Positions 37,999-48,035 of a DNA stretch of 64,000 nucleotides are shown here, piece after piece; within the stretch, counting starts at the first letter, position 1, and each line of letters begins with the position of its first letter. This stretch comes from an uncultured delta proteobacterium (lineage in GTDB: Bacteria; Myxococcota_A; UBA9160; SMWR01), in contig CAWHTE010000007.1 in assembly GCA_963832165.1 (NCBI GenBank), forward strand, positions 576,001-640,000. Reading direction: 5' to 3'. The notes under the pieces were generated by a model that had not been told where the DNA came from, searched no databases, and saw only the letters and a program-made list of their open reading frames with translations. The position numbers and the translations under genes were made by a program.

Positions 37999-39585
37999 GC
38001 GCCCACGCGCCGCCGGATCGCCTGCACCACGCGCCCGAGGTCGAGGCCCCGCTCGCGCGGGATCTGGAAGTAGTGGTCGCCGTCGTCCTTGACCAGGAAC
38101 TTCACCTTCTGGCCCGCGAGCACCTGCTCGATCGGCGCCGCCTCGGACATCGCGTGGTCGAGCTTCGCGAACACGCGGCGCCCGTCGATCTCGAGCAGCG
38201 CGACGTGCACGGGATCGCTGCCGCCCGAGGTCACGTGGATCGTGGTGGCGGCCTCGACGCGCGCCTCCGCGCCGTGCAGTGCGTGCGCGCGCTCGCGCTC
38301 GCGGCCGCGGCTCTCGCGCGACTCGAACAAGCGCCGCGGCTCGGGCACCTCGTCGCGGTGGCGGCGGCCGTCGGCGAGCTCGATCAGCGTCACGCAGTTG
38401 TTGTTGCCGGGGCCGCCGATCGAGTTCGAGATGCCGAAGCGGGCGTTGCGCACCTGCGCTTCGCGGTTGGGGAAGCGGTCGGTGATCTGGAGGTAGTTCT
38501 CGCAGATCTGGAACAGGCCCGTACCGCCGATCGGATGGCCGCGCGCCTTGAGTCCGCCCGACAGGTTGGTGGGCAGGCGCCCGTGCACGCCGGTGACGGG
38601 GTTCGTGAGCGGATCGCCCGGCTCGCGCGAGACGTCGCCGACGAGCGCCTCGATCACTTCCGACGGATCGAACAGGCCGAGGTCGACGAGCCCGATCGGG
38701 AGCAGGCTGTTGAACGCGTCGTGCACCTCCGCCACGACGCCCTCGATCTGCGCGCGGGTCGGCGACACCCGCGCGCCAGTAGGCGAGCTGCGCGGCGCGC
38801 CGCGTGGCTTCGAACGACGTGAGCGCACTGCGGTCGAGGATCGACGACGTGTCGGTGGCCGAGCCGATCCCGGCGATCCGCACCGCCTGCGGCCGCGCCG
38901 TGAGGATCAGCGCCGCGGCGCCGTCGCAGATCGGCGAGCAGTCCTTTCGGCGCAGCGGCGTCGCCACGGGCAGATTCACGCGCGAGTCGAAGTAGGCCGC
39001 GAGCGGCTCGGGCCGGCCGTGGAACGCCGCGAGCGGGTTGTTCGCGCCCAGTGCGTGGGCGCGGTGCATCAGGCGCGCGAGTACCTGGGTGCCCTCGTCG
39101 TCGGCGAGCCCGATCTCGCGGAACCAGGCCTGCGTGATCAGCGCGATCAGCGCGGGCATCGTGAACCCGAATCGCCGCTCCTCGGGGTCGACCGTCTTCG
39201 ACAGGATCGCCGTGGCGACCTCGGTGTTCACGGTCTTCATGCGCTCGCCGCCGAGCACGAGCACGCTCTCGGCCTCGCCCGACGCGATCTTGTAGTAGGC
39301 CTCGTGCAGCGCGGTGGCGCCCGTGGAGGAGGCGGTCTCCGAGCGCACGGCGGGAATGCCCGTGAGGCCGAGCCGGTCGACCGCCACGGTGGCGATGTTG
39401 GCGCGGTTCTCGAACTCCTCGCTGTCCATCACGCCGATCTGCACGGCGTCGAAGCTGCGCACCGAGGAGTCCTGGAGCGCGCGCTCGTAGGCGTCGGCGA
39501 ACAGGTCGAAGATCGAGCCGAAGATGCGGCCGGTCAGGTCGACTTTCGTGAGTCCGACCGCGGCGACGTACACCTCCTTGGCCAT
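37995..39585 (-). CDS. Thiolase-like protein (SCP-x/archaeal type) fused to a DUF35-like OB fold; frameshifted near 38770
   Basis: PAVRSETASSTG, DCSPICDGAAA, EVHDAF, NLSGGLKARGHPIGGTG; C-terminal ATTIHV...PVHVALLEIDGRRVFAKL. Confidence 0.8.
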
Positions 39586-39641
39586 CGCATCGAAAGATAA
39601 CCTACGCTCCGCGCCTGAACGCGCGCTGCGCGGGGGGAAAG

Positions 39642-41351
39642 ATGAAGAGACTCCGCCGCGTCCTGTTCGTGATGATCGCGCTGTTCGCGATCGCCTGGTG
39701 GCTCTCGCCCTCGGGCCCCGTGATCGAGAACGGCAGCGTGCTCGTGATCGAGCTCGAGGGCTCGTACGTCGAGAGCGCCGAGGCCCCGCTGATCGCGCGT
39801 CTGGCGGCGGCGCCGCCGCGCCCGCTCGCGTCACTGCTCTCCGACCTCTCGCTCGCCGAGCGCGACGCGCGCCTCGCGGCGGTGGTGTTCCGCGTGCGCG
39901 ACCTCCAGATCGGCTGGGCCAAGGCGCAGGAGATCCGCAATGCGATCACGCGGCTCGGCGAGGGCGGCCGGCGCACGATCGCCTATCTCGAGCTCGACGG
40001 GTTCGGCGGCAATCTCGAGTACTACGTCGCGAGCGCGGCCCAGGAGCTGTTCGTGGCCGAGGCCACACGCGCGCCGCTGATCGGGCTCGCGGGCGAGTTC
40101 ATGTTCTTCGGCGGCCTGTTCGAGAAGTTCGGCATCGAGCTCGAGGTGGAGCGCGTCGGGCAGTACAAGAGTGCGGCCGAGACGTTCGCGGGGCGCCGGA
40201 TGAGCGAGGCGAACCGCGAGATGGAGAACGCGCTGCTCGACTCGCTCGACGCGCAGTTCGTCGCGGGGATCGCCAAGTCGCGCACGCTTCCGCCCGAAGT
40301 GGTGCGCGGCGCGATCGACGCCGCGCCCTCGGCGCCGAGCGAGCTCGAGAAGCTGGGCCTCGTCGACGGCACGCTGCGCTTCGACGAGGTGGTCGCGCGC
40401 GCGGGCGGCGGCCCGATCGTCGAAGACGAGGTGTACGCGGGTATCGACCCGGAGAGCGTCGGCTTCGCGCCCGTGGCCCGGTTCGCGATCGTGTACGGCA
40501 GCGGCATGGTGACGTCGGGCGAGGGCTACTCCTCGCCGAGCGGAGCGCCCGTGCTCGCGTCGGAGACGGTGTCGAAGGCGCTCCGGGACGCCGCGGAAGA
40601 CTCCGACATCGCCGCGATCGTATTCCGGATCGACAGTCCGGGCGGATCGGCGTTCGCGTCCGACGTGGTCTGGGAGGCGACGCAGGCCGCGCGCGCGAAG
40701 GGCAAGCCGCTGATCGCGTCGTTCTCCGACGTCGCGGCGTCGGGCGGCTACCTGGCCGCCGCAGGCGCCAACGCGATCATCGCGTCGCCGGGCAGCATCA
40801 CGGGGTCGATCGGCGTGCTCGTGGTGCGGCCCGTGATCGCGGGCCTGCTCGAGAAGCTCGAGATCGGCAGCGAGGTGATCACGCGCGGCGCCCACGCCGA
40901 CCTGCAGGTCGCATCGCGCCCGCTCTCGCCCGAGAGCCGCGAGCGCCTGCGCCGCGAGGTGAACTCGGTCTACGAGCTGTTCGTGAAGCGCGTCGCGGAC
41001 GGACGCCCGCTCGACGCGCCCGGCGTCGACGCGGTGGGGCGCGGCCGCGTGTGGACGGGCGCGCAAGCGGTGGAGATCGGGCTCGTCGACGAGCTCGGCG
41101 GGCTCCACGAGGCGGTGACGCGCGCGAAGGTGGAGCTCAAGCTCGACCCGAACGTCGACGTCGAGCTGGTGCCGTACCCGTCCCCGCGCCCGCTCGCCGA
41201 GCAGATCGGCGAGCTGTTCGGGCAGTTCGGCGCCCGCCGGGTGGAGGCGGACCCGCTCGCAGAGCTCCTGGCGCCCGCGCGGGCCTGGCTCGCCGCGGCG
41301 GCCAACCGCCAGGTGCTCGCACTGATGCCGTTCTCGATCGACGTCCGCTGA
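39642..41351 (+). CDS. sppA: Signal peptide peptidase SppA (67K type)
   Basis: GQYKSAAE, RIDSPGGS, AASGGY, TGSIGV, GRVWTG, GLVDELGG. Confidence 0.93.
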   Translation: MKRLRRVLFVMIALFAIAWWLSPSGPVIENGSVLVIELEGSYVESAEAPLIARLAAAPPRPLASLLSDLSLAERDARLAAVVFRVRDLQIGWAKAQEIRNAITRLGEGGRRTIAYLELDGFGGNLEYYVASAAQELFVAEATRAPLIGLAGEFMFFGGLFEKFGIELEVERVGQYKSAAETFAGRRMSEANREMENALLDSLDAQFVAGIAKSRTLPPEVVRGAIDAAPSAPSELEKLGLVDGTLRFDEVVARAGGGPIVEDEVYAGIDPESVGFAPVARFAIVYGSGMVTSGEGYSSPSGAPVLASETVSKALRDAAEDSDIAAIVFRIDSPGGSAFASDVVWEATQAARAKGKPLIASFSDVAASGGYLAAAGANAIIASPGSITGSIGVLVVRPVIAGLLEKLEIGSEVITRGAHADLQVASRPLSPESRERLRREVNSVYELFVKRVADGRPLDAPGVDAVGRGRVWTGAQAVEIGLVDELGGLHEAVTRAKVELKLDPNVDVELVPYPSPRPLAEQIGELFGQFGARRVEADPLAELLAPARAWLAAAANRQVLALMPFSIDVR

Positions 41352-41389
41352 GTCCGCTGGAGTAGAATGCGCATCGGAGGACCGCTCCG

Positions 41390-41815
41390 ATGCATCTCGA
41401 GAAGCAGTTCGAAGTGAAGCGGCCGCGCGACGAGGCGATTGCGATCGTCTCGCGCGACGAGACGCTGCTCGGGCTGTTCCCGGATACGAAGACGGAGCTC
41501 GTCGCTGCAAAGGGCGCACGCCGCACCACGCGCACCACCTACACCGCGCTGGGCCGCGAGGGCGTCGCGACGTTCCACTTCGACTTCCGCCCCGACGGCA
41601 ACGTCGACTTCGAGAAGGTCTGCGATGGAAACGTGTGGCGCGAGCTGCGCGGCACGCTCACGTTCCACGCGCGCTCCGGCTCCACGCGCGTGCGCATCGA
41701 GATGGACGGCCGCACGAAGGCGCTCGTGCCCGAGTTCACGATCAAGGGTGCCATGCGCGACCAGATCGACCAGATGGCGCGCGCGCTGCGCGATCGCCTC
41801 GAAGAGGACGACTGA
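41390..41815 (+). CDS. SRPBCC/CoxG-like protein
   Basis: TAGAAT box and SD GGGAGG upstream; 141 aa with helix-grip-like pattern. Confidence 0.6.
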   Translation: MHLEKQFEVKRPRDEAIAIVSRDETLLGLFPDTKTELVAAKGARRTTRTTYTALGREGVATFHFDFRPDGNVDFEKVCDGNVWRELRGTLTFHARSGSTRVRIEMDGRTKALVPEFTIKGAMRDQIDQMARALRDRLEEDD

Positions 41816-41820
41816 TTGAC

Positions 41821-41860
41821 CGCAAGTTTCGCGCAGCGAGCGCAAGTTTCGCGCAGCGAG
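41821..41860 (+). repeat. 20-bp perfect tandem duplication
   Basis: CGCAAGTTTCGCGCAGCGAG x2. Confidence 0.9.
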
Positions 41861-41901
41861 CCGAAGGCGAGCGAAGACCATCGGGTAGGCGAGCGAAGTC
41901 C

Positions 41902-42709
41902 ATGAAGATCGCCACGCGCGACGGCCACGCCGTATACGCCGAGGCGCATGGCGCGGGCATCCCCGTGGTGCTCTCGTGCGCGCTGGCCACCACGCACGAG
42001 AACTGGCGGCCGCAGGTGGAGCCGCTCGTCGCCGCGGGTGCGCGCGTGGTGCTGTGGGACTACCTCGGCCACGGCCTCTCCGATGCGCCCGCCGATCCCG
42101 ACGCCTATCACATCGAGCGCGTGATCGACGATCTCGCGCGCGTGCTCGACTGGGCGGTGGGCGACGAGCCCGTCGTGCTCGGCGGGCTCTCGTTCGGCGG
42201 GCTGCTCTCGATGCACCTCGCGCTCGCGCAGCCCCGGCGTGCGCGCGCGCTGCTGCTCGTCGACACGGGGCCCGGGTTCAAGAACCCGGAAGCGCAGGCG
42301 GGCTGGGAGAAGATGGTCGAACGCCTCGCCTCCGCGGCCGAGCGGCGCGGGATGGCCGAGTACGCGGCACGCGCCACGACCCAGCTCGTCGGACAGCGGC
42401 CCGACGCGCCCGCGAGCCGCGCCGCGCATGCGGCGATCGCCGCGCAGACGCCGCACGGCATTGCGAACTTCGCGCGACGCGTGGCCGGGCCGGCGAGCCC
42501 GACGATCGATCGGCTCGGCGAGCTCGACGTGCCCGCGCTCGTGATCGTGGGCGAGAAGGACGACGCCTATCTGCGCGCGGCCGAGGTGATGGAGGCGCGC
42601 CTGCCGCGCGCCGAGCGGCGCACCATCGCGGGTGCCGGGACACATCGTGAACCTCGACGCGCCCGAGGCGTTCCTCGCCGAGGTGATCCCGTTCCTGCGG
42701 CGCGTGTGA
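41902..42709 (+). CDS. Alpha/beta hydrolase (frameshift near 42641)
   Basis: WDYLGHGLS, GLSFGG nucleophile elbow, VGEKD; AGHIVN lies in a shifted frame ending at TGA 42707-42709. Confidence 0.88.
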
Positions 42710-42735
42710 TGGCCCGCGCGCGGTAGACTTCCCGC

Positions 42736-43917
42736 GTGAAGCTCCGCTTCGCCGATTGCGCGATCGACTGCGACCAGTACGAGTTCCTGCGCGCGGGCCA
42801 GCGCGTCGACGTCCAGCCCAAGGTGTGGGCCTTCCTGCGCCTGCTGGCCGAGAACGCGCACCGCGTCGTCCCGAAGGAAGAGATCCTTTCGAGTCTGTGG
42901 CCCGACGCCGTGGTTGCGGAGGGCTCACTCCAACGGCTCGCGAGCCTCGCGCGTACCGCTCTCGGCGACGAGAGCCTGCTGCGCACGATCCGCGGCGTGG
43001 GTTACCAGCTCGCGGCCGAGGTGCACGTCGAGGGCGACGATTCGCCCGCGCGCGAGCCGACCGAAGCGCCGTCCGCCGCGGGCGCGTCGCAGGAGATCCG
43101 CTTCTGTCGCACCGTCGACGGCGCGAACATCGCGTGGGCGTCGGTCGGCAGCGGGCCCGCGCTCGTGCGAGCGCTCGGGTGGTTCACGAATCTCGAGTAC
43201 GAGTGGGCGTGGCCGCACGCGCGGCGCTTCTGGGAGATGCTGGGTGAGGGGCGCCGCCTGATCCGCTACGACGGGCGCGGGATGGGTCTCTCCGACCCGT
43301 GCAGCGAGTTCTCCCCCGAGCTGCGCCTGCGCGATCTCGAGGCCGTGGTCGCCGCGTCGGGCGAGCAGCGCATCGACCTCGTGGGATTGTCGGAAGGCTG
43401 CGGCACTGCGATCCACTTCGCTGTGCGCCATCCCGAGAGCGTGCGCCGCCTCGTCATCTACGGCCCGCCCGGGCTGCTCTTCCTCGACCGCACGCCCGAG
43501 CTCGACAGTCTCGCGCGCGTGATCGCGTCGCTGATCAAGGCGGGCTGGGGGACCGGGGGATCGAACCGGTTCGGGCGCATGCTCGCGGAGTTGTTCGTCG
43601 GCCCTTCGGCCGACGAACAGACCCGCATCCTCTTCGACCGCATGCAGCGCGCCTCGACCAACCGCGACACCGCGCTCTCCTACCTGCGCGGCATGCTAGG
43701 CGACGTTCGCGAGCAGGCGCGCAAGCTCTCGGTTCCGACGCTGATCGTGCACCGACGCGACGACGGGGTCTCTCCGTTCGAGGCGGCCAAGGTCGCGGCA
43801 ACGCTGATCCCCGGTGCCCGCTTCGTCCCGCTCGTCGGCGACAATCACTGGCCGATGGCCGACGACCCGTCCGCGCCCGTGATGATCCGCGCGATCCGCG
43901 AGTTCCTCACCGACTGA
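42736..43917 (+). CDS. OmpR-type winged-helix / alpha-beta-hydrolase fusion transcriptional regulator
   Basis: N-terminal HRVVPKEEIL...RTIRGVGY wHTH; IRFCRT.DG, RYDGRGMG, GLSEG, GDNH. Confidence 0.88.
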   Translation: MKLRFADCAIDCDQYEFLRAGQRVDVQPKVWAFLRLLAENAHRVVPKEEILSSLWPDAVVAEGSLQRLASLARTALGDESLLRTIRGVGYQLAAEVHVEGDDSPAREPTEAPSAAGASQEIRFCRTVDGANIAWASVGSGPALVRALGWFTNLEYEWAWPHARRFWEMLGEGRRLIRYDGRGMGLSDPCSEFSPELRLRDLEAVVAASGEQRIDLVGLSEGCGTAIHFAVRHPESVRRLVIYGPPGLLFLDRTPELDSLARVIASLIKAGWGTGGSNRFGRMLAELFVGPSADEQTRILFDRMQRASTNRDTALSYLRGMLGDVREQARKLSVPTLIVHRRDDGVSPFEAAKVAATLIPGARFVPLVGDNHWPMADDPSAPVMIRAIREFLTD

Positions 43918-44655
43918 ACGACGCGCGGGATGTACCGAGGCGTGGTCTCCTGATAGCGGCGATACGCGTCTCCGAAGTAGGCGACGAGGTCCCGCTCTTC
44001 GAGGAACACGGCCACGACCATGTACGCGGTGGCCACGACGGCGAAGAGCAGATGCCCGGTGCTCATGGTGGGCGCCGCCCAGAAGATGATCGCCCACGAC
44101 ACGTAGATCGGATGGCGCATGTGCGCGTAGAGGCCCGGCGTCGCGAACGGGCGCGGCTCGTACGGCTTCCCGCGGAACGCGAGCCACGACTGGCGCAACC
44201 CGAACAGATCGAAGTGGTCGATCAGCGCGGTGGCATAGAGCAGCATCGCCCAGCCGCCGAAGTAGAGCGCGCGCAGCGCGAGCACGCCGGTTTCGCTCTG
44301 CACGGCCCACACGGTGCCGCCGATCGGCTGCCAGAGCGCGAACAGCGCGACGAGCGCGAGCGTCGAGAGCAGCACGTAGGTGGGTCGCTCGGCGGGCTCG
44401 GGGACGATCTTCGTCCACACGCGCTTGAAGCCGGGCCGGGCCATGCCCGAGTGCTGCACCGCGAACAGCGACAGGAGGCCCAGGTTCACGAGCAGCGCGA
44501 GACCGACCGGGCCCGGCGCGCCCGAGTCGATCGTCTTCGGGGCGATCCCGAGGTCGCCGATGAACGCGATCGCGTACAGGAAGCACGCGAAGAACAGGGC
44601 GTAGCAGATGACGCCCCAGGCCAGGAATGCGAAGCGTCTGGAGTCGGTTGGACAT
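43845..44655 (-). CDS. mddA: Methanethiol S-methyltransferase MddA-like (frameshift near 44635)
   Basis: PKTIDSG, FAVQHSGMARPGFKR, ERPTYVL, DHFDLFGLRQ, MRHPIY, PTMSTGHLLFA, EERDL; SD AGGAGG. Confidence 0.8.
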
Positions 44656-44734
44656 GATGGATCTCCTCCTGTGTAGAGCGGCTGCGCAGGGGCGGCCGCG
44701 CCTCACGGAATGTCGGCCGGAGCGGCGCAGAGAT

Positions 44735-44762
44735 CCTGATCCGGGGCTGAGCATTTCCTGAT
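44735..44762 (-). promoter_or_regulatory. Direct repeats at 11-bp period upstream of mddA
   Basis: Minus strand ATCAGG-N5-CTCAGC-N5-ATCAGG. Confidence 0.45.
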
Positions 44763-44803
44763 TTCCGCAGCCGGCGCAGGCGCCTTGCTACCGTAGGAGC
44801 CCG

Positions 44804-45218
44804 ATGGCCGGCAGCACCGAGATCTTCACGGTCGAGACGCGCGAAGAGCAGCAGAGCTTCGACATCACCGCGCGCGTGCGGGACATCGTCGAGCGCGCGG
44901 GTCTCGCGCGCGGGCTGTGCCACGTGATGGTGTTGCACTCGACCTGCGCGATCGTCGTCAACGAGACCGCCGATCCGAACATCGGCAAGGACATCCTGCG
45001 CGCGCTCGGGTCGCTGATTCCGACCGAGAACGACTGGCTCCACGATCTCAAGGACGACAACGCCCATTCGCACCTGAAGGCGTCGCTGCTTGGGGCCGTC
45101 GGAGCTGATCCCGATCGTCGACGGCGAGCTCCTGCTCGGGAAGTGGCAGGCGGTCTGGCTCTTCGAGTTCGACGGCCCGCGCACGCGCCAGGTCGCCGTG
45201 CACCTCGTGGAGGGGTAG
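44804..45218 (+). CDS. yjbQ: YjbQ / UPF0047 family protein (frameshift near 45095)
   Basis: HSTCAIVVNETADP, NAHSHLKASLLG, then LGKWQAVWLFEFDGPRTR in a shifted frame. Confidence 0.88.
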
Positions 45219-45253
45219 GGCGGGAGGAGCCGAAGGCGGATCCCGCCTCCGCG
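45215..45253 (+). repeat. GTAG REP type A
   Basis: GTAGGGCGGGAGGAGCCGAAGGCGGATCCCGCC. Confidence 0.85.
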
Positions 45254-45261
45254 ACTTCACA

Positions 45262-45276
45262 GCAAGATTCTCCAAG
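45262..45276 (+). promoter_or_regulatory. Candidate AraC operator, copy 1
   Basis: GCAAGATTCTCCAAG, identical to 46627-46641. Confidence 0.55.
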
Positions 45277-45322
45277 TTTTCGGCGCGCTTCGCGGTAGCG
45301 TGTCGCCACAAGGAGAACTCGA

Positions 45323-45808
45323 GTGCGCGAAGGTGGCTGCGCATGCAAAGCCGTGCGCTACCGGCTCACGGACGAGCCGCTGATCGTCCACGCGTGCCAC
45401 TGCCGCGACTGCCAGTACCTCACCGGCAGCGCATTCGTGATCAACCTCTGGATCGAGCGGCACCACGTCCTCGCCTCGGGCGCCGAACCGCGCTTCGTCC
45501 GGCTGGCCGCGGGCACCGGAAAGCCCCACGACGTGTACTTCTGCGACGCCTGCAGCACGACGCTCTGGAGCCGCTACCACGCGCCGCCCGGCGACACGCT
45601 GTTCGTGCGCGGCGGCACGCTCGACGACCCCGCGTCGGTCACTCCCGACGCCCACATCTTCACGCGCACCAAGCTGCCGTGGGTCGCGCTGCCCGAGGGC
45701 GCGCGCGCGTTCCCCGCGATGTACGCCGACTTCGCCGCCGTCTGGCCCGCGGACAAGCTCGCGCGCTTCCGCGCCCACGCGGCGGAGCACAAAGCCGCGA
45801 ACGGCTAG
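45323..45808 (+). CDS. GFA family (CENP-V/GFA) zinc protein
   Basis: [32 protein letters not shown]. Confidence 0.9.
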   Translation: MREGGCACKAVRYRLTDEPLIVHACHCRDCQYLTGSAFVINLWIERHHVLASGAEPRFVRLAAGTGKPHDVYFCDACSTTLWSRYHAPPGDTLFVRGGTLDDPASVTPDAHIFTRTKLPWVALPEGARAFPAMYADFAAVWPADKLARFRAHAAEHKAANG

Positions 45809-45818
45809 ACTATTGGGG

Positions 45819-46664
45819 ATGCCCGATACCACCGCGCTGCGGCGCGGACCGCTCTCCGCCACCGACTACCGCTGCACTGCGGGGCCCGGCGATACGCCCT
45901 ACGTCGAGCGGCACGCGGCCTTCACGATCTCCTACGTGCGCCGGGGCAGCTTCGGCGTCGAGACGCGCGGCAAGTCCTACGACCTGGTGGCGGGGTCGGT
46001 GCTCGTGGGCCACCCCGGCGACGAGTACATGTGCACGCACGACCACGCCGCGGGCGGCGACGAGTGCCTCGCGTTCGCGCTCGAGCCCGAGCTCGTGGAG
46101 ACGCTCGGCGCGCGCAGCGACGTCTGGCGCGCGGGCTCCCTGCCGCCGCTGCCCGAGCTCGTCGTGCTCGGCGAGCTTGCCCAGGCCACCGCGGAAGAGC
46201 GCACCGATCTCGGGCTCGACGAAGTCGGGCTCTGGCTCACGGCGCGCTTCGTGAAGATCGTCTCGGGCGTGAAGCGCGCGGCGGCTTCACTGCGCACTGC
46301 CGACCGCCGCCGCGCCGTCGAAGCCGCGCTCTGGCTCGACGAGCACTCGCACGAGAACGTCGATCTCGAGACCGCCGCGCGCGCGGTCGAGCTCTCGCCG
46401 TTCCACTTCCTGCGTGTGTTCTCGCGTGTGATGCGCGTGACGCCGCACCAGTATCTCTTGCGCGCGCGACTGCGCCGCGCTGCGCGCCTGCTCAGCGAGG
46501 GCGAGCGCAAGATCACCGATGTGGCGCTCGACGTCGGCTTCGCCGACCTCTCGAACTTCGTGCGCACGTTCCACCGCGCGGCCGGCGTCTCGCCGCGCCG
46601 CTTCCGGACCGCCGCGAAGGGCCAGCGCAAGATTCTCCAAGATCGAATCGCAGCGCGTCTCTAG
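45819..46664 (+). CDS. AraC family transcriptional regulator
   Basis: [35 protein letters not shown]. Confidence 0.93.
   Translation: MPDTTALRRGPLSATDYRCTAGPGDTPYVERHAAFTISYVRRGSFGVETRGKSYDLVAGSVLVGHPGDEYMCTHDHAAGGDECLAFALEPELVETLGARSDVWRAGSLPPLPELVVLGELAQATAEERTDLGLDEVGLWLTARFVKIVSGVKRAAASLRTADRRRAVEAALWLDEHSHENVDLETAARAVELSPFHFLRVFSRVMRVTPHQYLLRARLRRAARLLSEGERKITDVALDVGFADLSNFVRTFHRAAGVSPRRFRTAAKGQRKILQDRIAARL
46627..46641 (+). promoter_or_regulatory. Candidate AraC operator, copy 2 (inside the araC-family gene 3' end)
   Basis: GCAAGATTCTCCAAG about 50 nt before the VOC gene start. Confidence 0.55.
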
Positions 46665-46690
46665 CCTCACCTCCATAAAGGAGGTCTGGC

Positions 46691-47062
46691 ATGTTCGATC
46701 ACATCGGTCTTCGGGTGAGAGATATCGCGGCGAGTGCGCGGTTCTACCGCGCGGCGCTCGCGGCGCTCGGCCACGAGCAGACCGCGCAGGACGCGGCGAG
46801 CGCGGGCTTCGGCTCGGACGGCAGCACGGGGCTCTGGCTCGTGCAGACCCAGGACGCGGGCGAGCGCGGTGCGCACCTCGCGTTCCGCGCCGCCGATCGC
46901 GCGTCGGTGGAGCGCTTCTACAAGGAAGGGATCGCCGCGGGCGGGCACGACAACGGCGCGCCCGGCGTGCGCGCCGACTACAGCGCGAACTACTTCGCGG
47001 CGTTCCTGGTCGATCCCGACGGCAACAACGTCGAGGCCGTGTGCCTCGCGCAGGAGAAGTGA
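46691..47062 (+). CDS. VOC / glyoxalase family protein
   Basis: MFDHIGL, HLAF, DNGAPG.R.Y, DPDGNNVEAV; SD AAGGAGG. Confidence 0.92.
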   Translation: MFDHIGLRVRDIAASARFYRAALAALGHEQTAQDAASAGFGSDGSTGLWLVQTQDAGERGAHLAFRAADRASVERFYKEGIAAGGHDNGAPGVRADYSANYFAAFLVDPDGNNVEAVCLAQEK

Positions 47063-47064
47063 AC

Positions 47065-47464
47065 ATGGCGTCGATTCATCACGAGATCGTGATCGAGGTG
47101 CGCCCCGAGCGCGTGTGGGACGCGGTGCGCGACGTGGGTGCGATCCACGAGCGGCTCGCACCCGGCTTCGTCACGGATACGGTGATCGAGGACGGCGGCG
47201 CCGCGCGCGTCGTGACGTTCGGCAACGGCATGGTCGCGCGCGAGCTGATCGTCGATCTCGACGACGCCGCGCGCCGCCTCGCGTGGTCGGTCGTCGGCGG
47301 GCGCATGACACATCACAATGCTTCGCTGCAGGTCTTCGCCGAGGGCGAGGCGAGCACCCGCGCAGTCTGGATCGCGGACCTGCTCCCGCACGAGCTCGGC
47401 CCGATCATCGGCGGCATGATCGCGCAGGGGCTCGAGGCGATGAAGAAGACGCTCGAGCGCGTGA
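47065..47464 (+). CDS. SRPBCC family protein (as read it runs past the likely stop at 47462-47464)
   Basis: VWDAVRDVG, RVVTFGNG, HHNASLQV, GLEAMKKTLE; the frame continues through the REP, suggesting an indel. Confidence 0.8.
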
Positions 47465-47470
47465 GCTGGG

Positions 47471-47511
47471 GAGCCGAAGGCGGGATCCGCCTTCGGTTCC
47501 TCCCGCCCTAC
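47471..47511 (-). repeat. GTAG REP type A
   Basis: AAGGCGGGATCCGCCTTCGGTTCCTCCCGCCCTAC. Confidence 0.85.
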
Positions 47512-48035
47512 GACGACATCTCCGGGCTCGCTGAACTGGATCTAGATCCAGTTCGGCGGAATCGGGCCATATGTCGATCTCCGAAGTCGCGGAGCGCGCG
47601 CAGCTGGTTGTGCGCGCGACAGCGCAACGTGATGGCAGCGATCGAGTGCGTCCTCGTGCGGGACCACGCCTCCACGTGGTCGAATTCGAGGAACTCCTTC
47701 GTCTCACAGCGCCGGCCGCCTTCGGAGACTTAGGTGCACCGGAAGTGGCGCACCGACTCGGCGTCGAGGCGCTCCTGAAGTGCGGTCGAGCCGGCCAGGT
47801 CGCCGAACACGATCGTCACGACCTTGCGCGCGGTCGCGTCGTCCGCGGAGCGCGGCGCGGGGCCCGCGGGCGCGGCGGGCTTGAGCGCGAAGCCACACCC
47901 GCTGCAGAAGCGGTGATCGGGCCGGATCGGCGCGCCGCAGCCCGGGCAGCTGTCGGGCGGGGCGAGCCTCGCCCCACACGACGCACAGAAGCGGGCGCCA
48001 TCCTGATTGGCAGCGCTACAGGCCGAGCACTGCAT
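47508..48035 (-). pseudogene. Chimeric remnant: double zinc ribbon, start of a class III cyclase, in-frame HNH endonuclease fragment with internal TAA
   Basis: Four CxxC motifs, RKVVTIVFGDLAGST, then RCT*VSEGGRRCETKEFLEFDHVEAW...LRCRAHNQ...DFG, ending at TAG 47510-47508. Confidence 0.75.

Noticed and set aside
47465..47733. C-terminal extension of the SRPBCC protein
   Set aside because: Runs through a REP and antisense to the HNH remnant; best explained by an indel just before the TGA at 47462
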